Below are positions 1 to 7,610 of a stretch of DNA of 64,000 nucleotides, piece after piece. Under the pieces are notes generated by a model, which did not search any database, was not told where the DNA came from, and saw only the letters and a program-made list of their open reading frames with translations. The stretch comes from Desulfobacteraceae bacterium. Lineage in GTDB: Bacteria > Desulfobacterota > Desulfobacteria > Desulfobacterales > SURF-7. Made by a program: the position numbers and the translations under genes. Where the stretch lies: NCBI GenBank assembly GCA_003599865.1, contig QZKS01000012.1, forward strand, positions 5,875 through 69,874, read 5' to 3'. How positions within the stretch are numbered: position 1 is the first letter of the stretch; each line of letters starts with the position of its first letter.

Positions 1-1046
1 CAGACGCAGAATGATGAAATGCTTGGCCGGAAGGCGGAGATCTTCTCCCGATAATCGAAACCGTCCGCATCTTTAGACAAGAGTTTCCCGAATGTGTCCG
101 GGACACTGGCATTGCTGACAACAAACGATGCCGGAATTTTTTCCCCTCCTTTGGTTATCACGCCACTGATGGCCTCATTTTTCACCAGAATCTCTTCGAC
201 CGGCGTATTCAGTCTCACCAGTCCGCCATGTTCTTTGATGATGCCCACCAGGGCGTCGCTCAGACTTTGGGATTGTCCCCTGACATAGCTGGAGCCGTTT
301 TTCAGGTAATCCGCCACTGAATTGGCATAATAAAACCCGGACAGTTTTGACGGCGGAAGGCCGTAGTATCCCCACAGATAACCCAGATCATCTTTCAAAT
401 TCGGATTTTTCACATGGTCATCCAAAAGATCCTGAAGTGTTTTATTCCGCACACCCCACATCCCGGGATACTGAAAAGGAAAGGTGATCGTGGTGTATTG
501 ATTCTTGTTTTGAAACAGCCTGTATACTTCACCCTGAATCTCGAGAATCTCGGTAACAAAGCTATGGATGCCCTGTTTTTCCGAAGGATAAAATCCGGAA
601 AGCATTTCAATATAAGCCTCCGGGTTGCGATCCGGAAGCATCATGTCCCTGCCCTTTGAAATCCGCCGGTGCGATTTTTCAAGACGAACCAGTTCAATCT
701 TTTCCAGAAGTCCGAGTTCCTTGATGATGGCATGTGTCGCATTGCCGGAAGCGGCCATGGCATGAAGGGAAACCTCAAACGTGAAATCCGCTCGACGGAA
801 AGATGTCGCATACCCTCCAGGTTTGTGATGCTGTTCCAGAACCGTCACCGGAAATCCGGCTTTTGACAGATAGGCTGCACAAGTAAGCCCTCCCAGGCCT
901 GAACCGACAAGCACTACCGGATATTGGTCCTTGTCCTTAACGGATCCAGTCAAAGCCTTGAGACTGTTTATGTCAACAAGAGAAGCTGCGGCTGTCATTG
1001 CAGTAATTTTGATGAAGTCCCGCCTGCTGATATTGTCCCTTATCAT
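1..1046 (-). CDS. FAD-dependent oxidoreductase, phytoene desaturase (CrtI/CrtD)-like family, with twin-arginine signal; 3' end lies beyond the window
   Basis: Absent from the ORF track (no stop in window). Manual reverse translation from the ATG at 1046 gives MIRDNISRRDFIKITAMTAAASL (Tat-type SRRDFIK), then the dinucleotide-binding motif VVLVGSGLGGLTCAAYLSKAGFPVTVLEQHHKPGG. The frame stays open to position 1. Confidence 0.75.
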   Translation of the reverse strand, partial: MIRDNISRRDFIKITAMTAAASLVDINSLKALTGSVKDKDQYPVVLVGSGLGGLTCAAYLSKAGFPVTVLEQHHKPGGYATSFRRADFTFEVSLHAMAASGNATHAIIKELGLLEKIELVRLEKSHRRISKGRDMMLPDRNPEAYIEMLSGFYPSEKQGIHSFVTEILEIQGEVYRLFQNKNQYTTITFPFQYPGMWGVRNKTLQDLLDDHVKNPNLKDDLGYLWGYYGLPPSKLSGFYYANSVADYLKNGSSYVRGQSQSLSDALVGIIKEHGGLVRLNTPVEEILVKNEAISGVITKGGEKIPASFVVSNASVPDTFGKLLSKDADGFDYREKISAFRPSISSFCV

Positions 1047-1166
1047 TACATCCTCCCAAAAAACATTTACAGATACTCATTTATTGACACAGCATGCGTA
1101 TTCCTTTACCGTGGCATAGCATATAAACTGATTAAAATACAAATATCCAATTTGGAGTGATGATTC

Positions 1167-2471
1167 ATGTTTTCCAAAAAAAATCGAATATCATCCGGAG
1201 TCAGTCAGCTGGATCAGCTGCTGGGAGGCCTGTTCATCGGAGACAACGTAATCTGGTATGATAATGCCGGCAGCCTGGCATCTCCCTTCTGCATGAACTT
1301 TATTCAGACCTCTCAAGCGCAAAACAAACCGTTCATCTATGTCAGTTTTGACCGTTCCCCGAAAAACCTTCTGGAAAAGCTGGGGCCTTTGGCGGAGAGC
1401 CAACATTTAACGATCCTGGATTGTTTTACTCACGGCAAAGGAGACGGGTCGGAGGTATTCAGCAAATTCTATGAAAAAGACGGTGCCCAATGGCCCTACC
1501 AGATCATCAAGGTCAATGAACCCTGGAAGCCGGAAAAAGTCATTGAGTCCGTATATGGTCTTCATAAAACCATGAAAGGCGACGTCCGTTTTATATTTGA
1601 AAGTCTCACCGGAATGCAGGACTTATGGAAGGGGGAAGAACATATCCTTACGTTCTACTCCCATTCCTGCCCCAGATTGTATGAACTGGATACAATCGCC
1701 TACTGGATCATTGAAAAGGGTGCCCATTCCGACCGACTGAAAGCCCATATTAACCAGATTGCCCAGGTTGCCATTGATCTTTCCATCAAAAGGGGCAAAT
1801 CAGCCCTGACCATCCTGAAAGCGGAAAAACGAAAGCCCGATACCCTCAATAAGGCGACAGAATTCTGGAATGACGGCATGACGATCCATTTTGACTCTGA
1901 CCGGCGCAGGACACCCGGAAGGATCAATCTTGGGCTTCGGATTAAAGAGCTGCGGTCCAAACAGGGCCTTTCTCAAAAAGAACTGGCGAATCTGGTAGGC
2001 GTAACCCCCAGCACCATTTCACAGGTGGAAAGCAATTCCATCTATCCTTCCCTGCAAGCGCTTTATAAAATGGCGGAAACCCTTTCTGTTGATGTCAGCT
2101 CTTTTTTTCAAAAGAAAACCGATCTGAAAAATCAGATTGTCTTTTCTTCCAAAGAAGGGCTGAAGACCGCTTTTCCGGATCTGCCCAAGGGGACAATTAC
2201 AGGAAAAATGTTGACTCCGATTGATTTCGACTCAAAAGCAGAAGCATATATTATTGAAATCGCTCCCCGGAAAATCCTGCCTTCCCATTTTTTTATCCAT
2301 AAGGGCAATGAGGTTGGGTATGTTTTATCCGGCAAGTTGCAGACGCAAATCAACAATGCGGTCCACACCGCAAATGAAGGAGACATCATCTACTTAGCTT
2401 CAGAGATGCCCAGCCAATGGAAGAATACAGGAACAAAAACAGCAAAACTGCTATGGATAAAGATCAAATAA
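1167..2471 (+). CDS. Transcriptional regulator: Walker-A-less KaiC/RecA-like N-domain + XRE-type HTH + C-terminal cupin
   Basis: 434-aa ORF. The N-terminus (SGVSQLDQLLGGLFIGDNVIWYD...FIYVSF...IFESLTG) has a RecA/KaiC-like layout but no GxxGxGK[ST]. The middle LGLRIKELRSKQGLSQKELANLVGVTPSTISQVE is a Cro/C1 HTH. The C-terminus GYVLSGKL...EGDIIYL...WKNTG is cupin-like. Confidence 0.7.
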   Translation: MFSKKNRISSGVSQLDQLLGGLFIGDNVIWYDNAGSLASPFCMNFIQTSQAQNKPFIYVSFDRSPKNLLEKLGPLAESQHLTILDCFTHGKGDGSEVFSKFYEKDGAQWPYQIIKVNEPWKPEKVIESVYGLHKTMKGDVRFIFESLTGMQDLWKGEEHILTFYSHSCPRLYELDTIAYWIIEKGAHSDRLKAHINQIAQVAIDLSIKRGKSALTILKAEKRKPDTLNKATEFWNDGMTIHFDSDRRRTPGRINLGLRIKELRSKQGLSQKELANLVGVTPSTISQVESNSIYPSLQALYKMAETLSVDVSSFFQKKTDLKNQIVFSSKEGLKTAFPDLPKGTITGKMLTPIDFDSKAEAYIIEIAPRKILPSHFFIHKGNEVGYVLSGKLQTQINNAVHTANEGDIIYLASEMPSQWKNTGTKTAKLLWIKIK

Positions 2472-2515
2472 GAAAGGCTTTCCGGAAAATCTCCGGAAAG
2501 CCTTTCTTCATTTTC
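2472..2515. terminator. Hairpin terminator between convergent genes
   Basis: Perfect 14-bp stem GAAAGGCTTTCCGG / CCGGAAAGCCTTTC with a 7-nt loop, followed by TTCATTTTC. It lies between the stops at 2471 (+) and 2527 (-). Confidence 0.6.
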
Positions 2516-2526
2516 ATATCCAAGCC

Positions 2527-4185
2527 CTAAGAATTCAAAATCTTGCGGGCACTTTCATCATTCACATCCGACACATGCGGAATACCTGTCTCTCTTGCCG
2601 TCTCCCGGTTTCCGGAAAAAATGTCCTGACGTGTAATCTGGTTCACGGAAAATTTTCTGGCACCGGCCAGAAGCTGCTGCAGGCCGCATGCCAGCTTGTC
2701 TGCCATTGTCCAGAATGCGATGGCGCCGTATGGGATATTTTTCATTTCGTCCTTTCCCACTTTCTTCTCGACGTCAAAATAAGACGCAAATATTTCTTTG
2801 GCTGTACTTCCAACACTTTGGACGGATTTTGGCAGCTCATTCCAGTTGCCATTAACTTCTGCTTTTCTGTCAGGATGAATTGCACCTTCAATGTTCGATC
2901 CGACGAAACCCGGAATCATGATCGCACGGCCCATGCAGATCAGTTTTGTGAACGGCGCGCCCAGAGCCAATGCTTTAAAAATATGATCTTCCAGAGCAAA
3001 CCCCCCGGCAAAAGACATATCCACTACGCGCTGTCCCTTTGCTGAAAGAATACCGGCATATTCATAGGCCTTTGAATGCAGATTAATGGAAGGCACACCC
3101 CAGCTCTGCATCATGTTCCATGGACTCATTCCCGTGCCGCCACCGGAACCGTCGATGGTCAGAAGATCCATTTTTGCATCTGTTGCAAATTTAATGGCCA
3201 TAGCCAGTTCTTCCATACCATAGGATCCTGTTTTTAGCGTAATTCTTGAGAATCCAAGGCCACGAAGATAGGTCACACTGCTCATAAAATCTTCCCGAAC
3301 CTGTGCGACCGTATCCAGGTTTGTTCCGCCGAGGCGGCTGTGCCGTGCAAAGGACTTGATCGAACCGTTTTTAAACGCTTCCTGAACTTCCGGAATCCTG
3401 GGATCAGGATCGACCACATAGCCGCGGTCTTTCAGAAATAAAGCATAATCAAGGCTGGTGACCTGAATTTCGCCCCCGATATCCTTGGCGCCCTGGCCCC
3501 ATTTCAGTTCAATGATCACCTTGTCTCCATATTTATCGGCAACAAATTCCGCGACTCCATTACGGGTATCCTCGACATTGAGCTGAACAATGATCGCGCC
3601 ATATCCGTCAAAATATCGAAGATAACCATTGATCCGCCTCTCCAGCTCGGGAGATTTTTTGATCTTTCCCTTTTTCTCCTTGCCGTCGGCAATCTCTGAT
3701 TCCCTGTCAACCCCGACAACATTCTCGCCGATGACCACCGGAATGCCGCATAAGGCCCCGCCGATGGCAAAGGAATCCCAATATTTTTGTGCAATAAAGG
3801 TTGATCCGAGGGCACCGGTCATCAGCGGAATGCGTACCTTTGTTTTTACCGTATTGCCAAATTCGGTGGCCAAATTGACGTTTGGGAAAATACAGTCATC
3901 CGGATCATTACTCATATCATGATGCAGACCGTGTGCGCCATATGCATATCCCTGAATACGAAGAGAATTATAGGAAACACCCACATGTGTTGTATTATTG
4001 GCACCGGCTGTTACCAGACCAAAACTTCTCGGATACAGAAGTTTTCGGCCAACCAGACTGGAAAGCCATGTTTCACACTTGCCCTGGCAATCTGCCCGGC
4101 ATAATGTACAAAGCCCTGATTCTGCTACATTAGCCCGATTTGTGGTACCGAGTACATCATTGTTCTTTGAAAATCTCATTTTCAT
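2527..4185 (-). CDS. Glutamate synthase-family FMN-binding protein (GltB domain-2-like, archaeal-type split GOGAT subunit)
   Basis: 552-aa ORF with an N-terminal Cys cluster CTLCRADCQGKCE, TIM-barrel FMN-domain motifs LMTGALGS and LTIDGSGGGTGMSPW, and an AAGGAGA RBS upstream of the ATG at 4185. Confidence 0.8.
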   Translation of the reverse strand: MKMRFSKNNDVLGTTNRANVAESGLCTLCRADCQGKCETWLSSLVGRKLLYPRSFGLVTAGANNTTHVGVSYNSLRIQGYAYGAHGLHHDMSNDPDDCIFPNVNLATEFGNTVKTKVRIPLMTGALGSTFIAQKYWDSFAIGGALCGIPVVIGENVVGVDRESEIADGKEKKGKIKKSPELERRINGYLRYFDGYGAIIVQLNVEDTRNGVAEFVADKYGDKVIIELKWGQGAKDIGGEIQVTSLDYALFLKDRGYVVDPDPRIPEVQEAFKNGSIKSFARHSRLGGTNLDTVAQVREDFMSSVTYLRGLGFSRITLKTGSYGMEELAMAIKFATDAKMDLLTIDGSGGGTGMSPWNMMQSWGVPSINLHSKAYEYAGILSAKGQRVVDMSFAGGFALEDHIFKALALGAPFTKLICMGRAIMIPGFVGSNIEGAIHPDRKAEVNGNWNELPKSVQSVGSTAKEIFASYFDVEKKVGKDEMKNIPYGAIAFWTMADKLACGLQQLLAGARKFSVNQITRQDIFSGNRETARETGIPHVSDVNDESARKILNS

Positions 4186-4250
4186 TCTCCTTGTCTTAAG
4201 TAATGATCCTCACCGGGGGTCAAAATGCCCCCAAATCTCCAAAAGCCCTG

Positions 4251-4291
4251 AACGCAAAAAGGCGCCTGTTCTTTCAGAACCAGACGCCTTT
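4251..4291 (-). terminator. Intrinsic terminator/attenuator in the leader of the GltB-like gene
   Basis: The minus strand reads AAAGGCGTCTGGTTC-TGAAA-GAACAGGCGCCTTTTTGCGTT, an imperfect ~13-bp stem plus a U-run. It lies ~200 nt downstream of the ANTAR gene stop and ~70 nt upstream of the 4185 start. Confidence 0.55.
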
Positions 4292-4365
4292 GTCTCTATC
4301 CTAAATTGTAAGCTCTTCGGCACGCCATTGTACCGTTTTTGAGCGGTGCTTATAAAAGCGGATTA

Positions 4366-4394
4366 AAATTATCTATACTGATAATAAATGTCAA
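4366..4394 (-). promoter_or_regulatory. Candidate sigma-70 promoter for the GltB-like gene
   Basis: The minus strand has TTGACA (4394-4389), then either GATAAT after a 15-nt spacer or TAATTT after a 17-nt spacer. The -10 element is weak. Confidence 0.3.
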
Positions 4395-4491
4395 GAAAGA
4401 AATGATAAAAAATTAAGTTTAGATAAATTCAGACCCAAAAATCAAACGGTCGGAAGGTACAGCAGATCCAAACAGAAAAGCCGATAACGGA

Positions 4492-5217
4492 TTATCCGTG
4501 AAACATCTCGTCGGAGAGCAGGATGGCTTCCGCCACACTTCTGATGGACTTGCGGGAGTCCATGCTGCGTTTTCGAATCCAGTGGAAGGCCTCATCAATT
4601 TTCATTCCACGGCGCTTTATCAAAATTTCCTTGGCGCGCTCAATGATCTTGCGCGTTTCCAGCTCTTCCTGAATCACTCTGGTTTTTACCATTAATTCCG
4701 TATTTAGGATGGCAACAGCCGCCTGGTTTGCAACTGCTGTCAGAAGATTGACCTCTGTTTCGGAAAATTCATAAGGGCTTGATGTAAAACAATTCAGCAC
4801 GCCAATCACTTTTTCATCTTTGAGTTTAAGGGGGACCCCGACCATGGATGCAAGACCCAGTTTTTTGGCCATTTCTTTTTCCTTAAACCGCTTATTTTTC
4901 AAAACATCCTTAATAACAAGAGGCTGTTTTCGCGTCACTACATCTCCCACTACCCCTTCATTCGTATCCAGAGAGCGATCTTTCACATACTCTGGAGCAA
5001 TCGCCTGTGTGGCTTTCAGACGAATTTTTGGCGGATTCTCATCTTCATCAATCAGCCATAGCGAACAGATCGTAACTCCCATGGCCTGGGCAGTAACCAT
5101 CACAACAAGCTTCAGGAGATCCTCCAGGTAAAGCTCCGAAGTAATGGCCTTGCTGATGTCGGTCAGAGCCTTGATATACTCATCATATGTTTTTGCATCC
5201 AGACGATCCATAAACAA
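4492..5217 (-). CDS. GAF + ANTAR domain RNA-binding antitermination regulator
   Basis: 241 aa. The N-terminal GAF-like region reads LEDLLKLVVMVTAQAMGVTICSLWLID. The C-terminal ANTAR signature reads IERAKEILIKRRGMKIDEAFHWIRKRSMDSRKSIRSVAEAIL. Confidence 0.85.
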   Translation of the reverse strand: MFMDRLDAKTYDEYIKALTDISKAITSELYLEDLLKLVVMVTAQAMGVTICSLWLIDEDENPPKIRLKATQAIAPEYVKDRSLDTNEGVVGDVVTRKQPLVIKDVLKNKRFKEKEMAKKLGLASMVGVPLKLKDEKVIGVLNCFTSSPYEFSETEVNLLTAVANQAAVAILNTELMVKTRVIQEELETRKIIERAKEILIKRRGMKIDEAFHWIRKRSMDSRKSIRSVAEAILLSDEMFHG

Positions 5218-5416
5218 ACCATGTAATTAAAATAACGATGTTATCATAGGAAACTGTTTTTTTGATAAAAGCTCGGATATTCCATTCAATCTTTTTTTCA
5301 TACCATATCATATAAAAAACGTTTCAGGGTGTTCTTTATAAAAATATTCACTCTTTTTCAATAGTTGACATGCCGGTTTCCAAAAAAGAACGGGAATCCA
5401 TGTCGCTTCTTTAACC

Positions 5417-5446
5417 TTGACATTAATTTATACTTAAAAATATAAT
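5417..5446 (+). promoter_or_regulatory. Sigma-70-type promoter upstream of the amidotransferase gene
   Basis: Consensus TTGACA (5417-5422), an 18-nt spacer, then consensus TATAAT (5441-5446), ~64 nt upstream of the ATG at 5510. Confidence 0.55.
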
Positions 5447-5509
5447 GAACCATTATTTTAAATGAATTTTAATTTCCGACATCCATACATATTTAAGGAG
5501 AAATACAAT

Positions 5510-6637
5510 ATGTGCCGCTTGCTTGCAATAACCTCTGACGATTTTATCTCGCCGGTTGTTGGTATAGAAGGGCTCAACGCCATGCACGAGGGGTATGACG
5601 GATCAGGAGTCGGTCTTCTGTTGCGGGATTTGGGCGGACCATTTGAAAATATGAAAGATTCTCCGATTTTATCCGGCATTTTCAGTGAATCCGGCCTGAA
5701 AAAGCTGGATAACTATATGCTGGACCTGGGGTTTACGACAAAGTATAAAATCTCCTTTAAAATACCCAAAAATCGTCCTGCCGGAATCCCCCAAAGAGAT
5801 ATTTATCTTGTCCGCGCCTATGACTATCCCAATGAATGGGAAAAATTCAACCGGAATCAACTGTATGACCAGCTGATGAATATCCGGCTTCAATTGAAAA
5901 AAATGGGTGAAGCGGAAAAAGATATGATTGTCTTCTCTTTCTGGCCCGATACCATCATGATCAAGGAGATCGGTGATCCCCTTGATGTCGCCGAATATCT
6001 TGAGCTGGACCGGAAAGACCTGAAGGCGCGTGTCATTATGGTTCAAGGCCGGCAGAACACGAACTACAGCATCGATCTATACTCCTGTCATCCATTTTTT
6101 CTACAGGGTTTTTCAACCATGACCAATGGTGAAAACACCGCCTTTATTACCAACAAGGAATTTCTATCTTCAAGGGGCTTTGCGGGCTATAACGGATACA
6201 TGTCCGATTCGGAAATCTTTACTCACATTCTTCACTATTCAGTGGTGAAACTCGGATTGGATCTCGAGGCTTACAAGCATATCATCACCCCGCTGACGGA
6301 CAGCATGCTGGAAACTCATCCGGATGCTGCCTTTTTGCGGCACCTGAAATATTCCTGCCGCCAGATGATTATCGACGGTCCCAATTGCGTTGTGGGATGC
6401 CTTCCGGACAACACCCTTTTCATGGTCCAGGATCGAAAAAAACTCCGGCCGGGAATTATCGGAGGGGACCCGGGGATGTATGTCCTTTCTTCCGAAACCT
6501 GCGGTCTGGATGCGGTGCTTCCCAACCGTGATAAAAGCAAGGATTTTCAGCCCATGCACATGGATACGGCAATTGTAGCGCCGGATCGAAAAAACATCCG
6601 TGTGGTGAAACAGACAGACCCTTTTCTGAAAAATTAA
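5510..6637 (+). CDS. Class-II (Ntn) glutamine amidotransferase, glutamate synthase GltB domain-1-like
   Basis: The track ORF starts at 5462, but Ntn amidotransferases need Met-Cys at the N-terminus. MCRLLAITS begins at 5510 and is preceded by an AAGGAG RBS. Downstream SGVGLLLRD and MVQGRQNTN fit GATase_2. Confidence 0.8.
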   Translation: MCRLLAITSDDFISPVVGIEGLNAMHEGYDGSGVGLLLRDLGGPFENMKDSPILSGIFSESGLKKLDNYMLDLGFTTKYKISFKIPKNRPAGIPQRDIYLVRAYDYPNEWEKFNRNQLYDQLMNIRLQLKKMGEAEKDMIVFSFWPDTIMIKEIGDPLDVAEYLELDRKDLKARVIMVQGRQNTNYSIDLYSCHPFFLQGFSTMTNGENTAFITNKEFLSSRGFAGYNGYMSDSEIFTHILHYSVVKLGLDLEAYKHIITPLTDSMLETHPDAAFLRHLKYSCRQMIIDGPNCVVGCLPDNTLFMVQDRKKLRPGIIGGDPGMYVLSSETCGLDAVLPNRDKSKDFQPMHMDTAIVAPDRKNIRVVKQTDPFLKN

Positions 6638-6650
6638 AACAGTCTCCGCT

Positions 6651-7610
6651 TCACAGATCGTGCGCCTTTCCGATCAATTCGGAAATCATGCATTTTGCTC
6701 GGGAAAGATAGGCCTGCACTCCCTGATGAATCTCTCTGAATACATCCGGATTTACAAACCAGGACGTCCCGATTCCTACAGCTGTTGCACCAGCCAGAAT
6801 ATACTCAACCACATCCTGCCAGCGGGAAATTCCGCCGATGCCGATGATCGGCACCTCCCCGGAACGGCATTCCGGTATTCTGCGAAAACAATCGTAAACC
6901 ATGAACAGACCGACCGGCTTGATTGCCGGTCCGGAAAGGCCCCCGATAATATTGCCAAGAAGAGGCTTCCGGGTTTGTATATCAATCGCCATGCCCCGGA
7001 CCGTATTGATCATGGACAGCACATCTGTTCCGCCCTGAATGGCAGCCCTGGCCGGAATGGTGATGTCAGTGACATTCGGGGTGAGCTTGGTGATCACCAG
7101 CATCCGGGAATCGATTCGCCCTTTCACCGTTCCGACAATCCGTTCCACCAGTTCCGGATCGGTACCAAATGCAGTGCCTCCTTTTTTAATGTTGGGACAG
7201 GACACATTGATTTCAAGACCGGTGATGATCTGAGCGGAATCATGATCACTCAAATAAGCGGCAAGATCGCCGAACCCCTCAATCGAGTCTGCTGAAATAT
7301 TGACAAACACCGGAAGATCAAAATTCAATAAGCGATGAATCTCCTGTTGAATGAAATATTTTACACCCTCATTCTGCAATCCAATGGAGTTGAGGATACC
7401 GGTTCTGGTTTCTGCAATCCTGAATTCCCTATTTCCTTCTTTGGGCTCCAGGGTGACTCCCTTTGTCACAAAAGCCCCCAGGCTGCTTAAAATCCGGCCG
7501 CTTTTTTCCAGAATCTCGATTTCATTGGCATGCCCGGAAGTCCCGGATGCCGTCATCAAAGGAGATTTCATGGTGATATTTTTGATCCGTACCTGCATTG
7601 CATGTTTCAT
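6651..7610 (-). CDS. pyrD: Dihydroorotate dehydrogenase, class 1B catalytic subunit
   Basis: MKSPLMTASGTSG, NSIGLQNEGV, INVSCPNIKKGG and GIGGISRWQDVVEYILAGATAVGIGT are PyrD 1B hallmarks. Its start overlaps the pyrK stop by 4 nt. Confidence 0.9.
   Translation of the reverse strand: MKHAMQVRIKNITMKSPLMTASGTSGHANEIEILEKSGRILSSLGAFVTKGVTLEPKEGNREFRIAETRTGILNSIGLQNEGVKYFIQQEIHRLLNFDLPVFVNISADSIEGFGDLAAYLSDHDSAQIITGLEINVSCPNIKKGGTAFGTDPELVERIVGTVKGRIDSRMLVITKLTPNVTDITIPARAAIQGGTDVLSMINTVRGMAIDIQTRKPLLGNIIGGLSGPAIKPVGLFMVYDCFRRIPECRSGEVPIIGIGGISRWQDVVEYILAGATAVGIGTSWFVNPDVFREIHQGVQAYLSRAKCMISELIGKAHDL

Noticed and set aside
4186-4390. Canonical ANTAR dual-hexaloop RNA target in the gltB-like leader.
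   Set aside because: Hairpins are present (for example GGGGG-N8-CCCCC at 4215-4232 and the terminator itself). I could not find two adjacent stems with 6-nt A..G.. loops, so the claim is left as a hypothesis to test.
5462-5509. Upstream extension of the amidotransferase ORF (track start at 5462).
   Set aside because: Ntn-type amidotransferases require Cys directly after the initiator Met. MCRLL at 5510 has an AAGGAG RBS. The extension would also start within about 10-16 nt of the predicted promoter -10/TSS.
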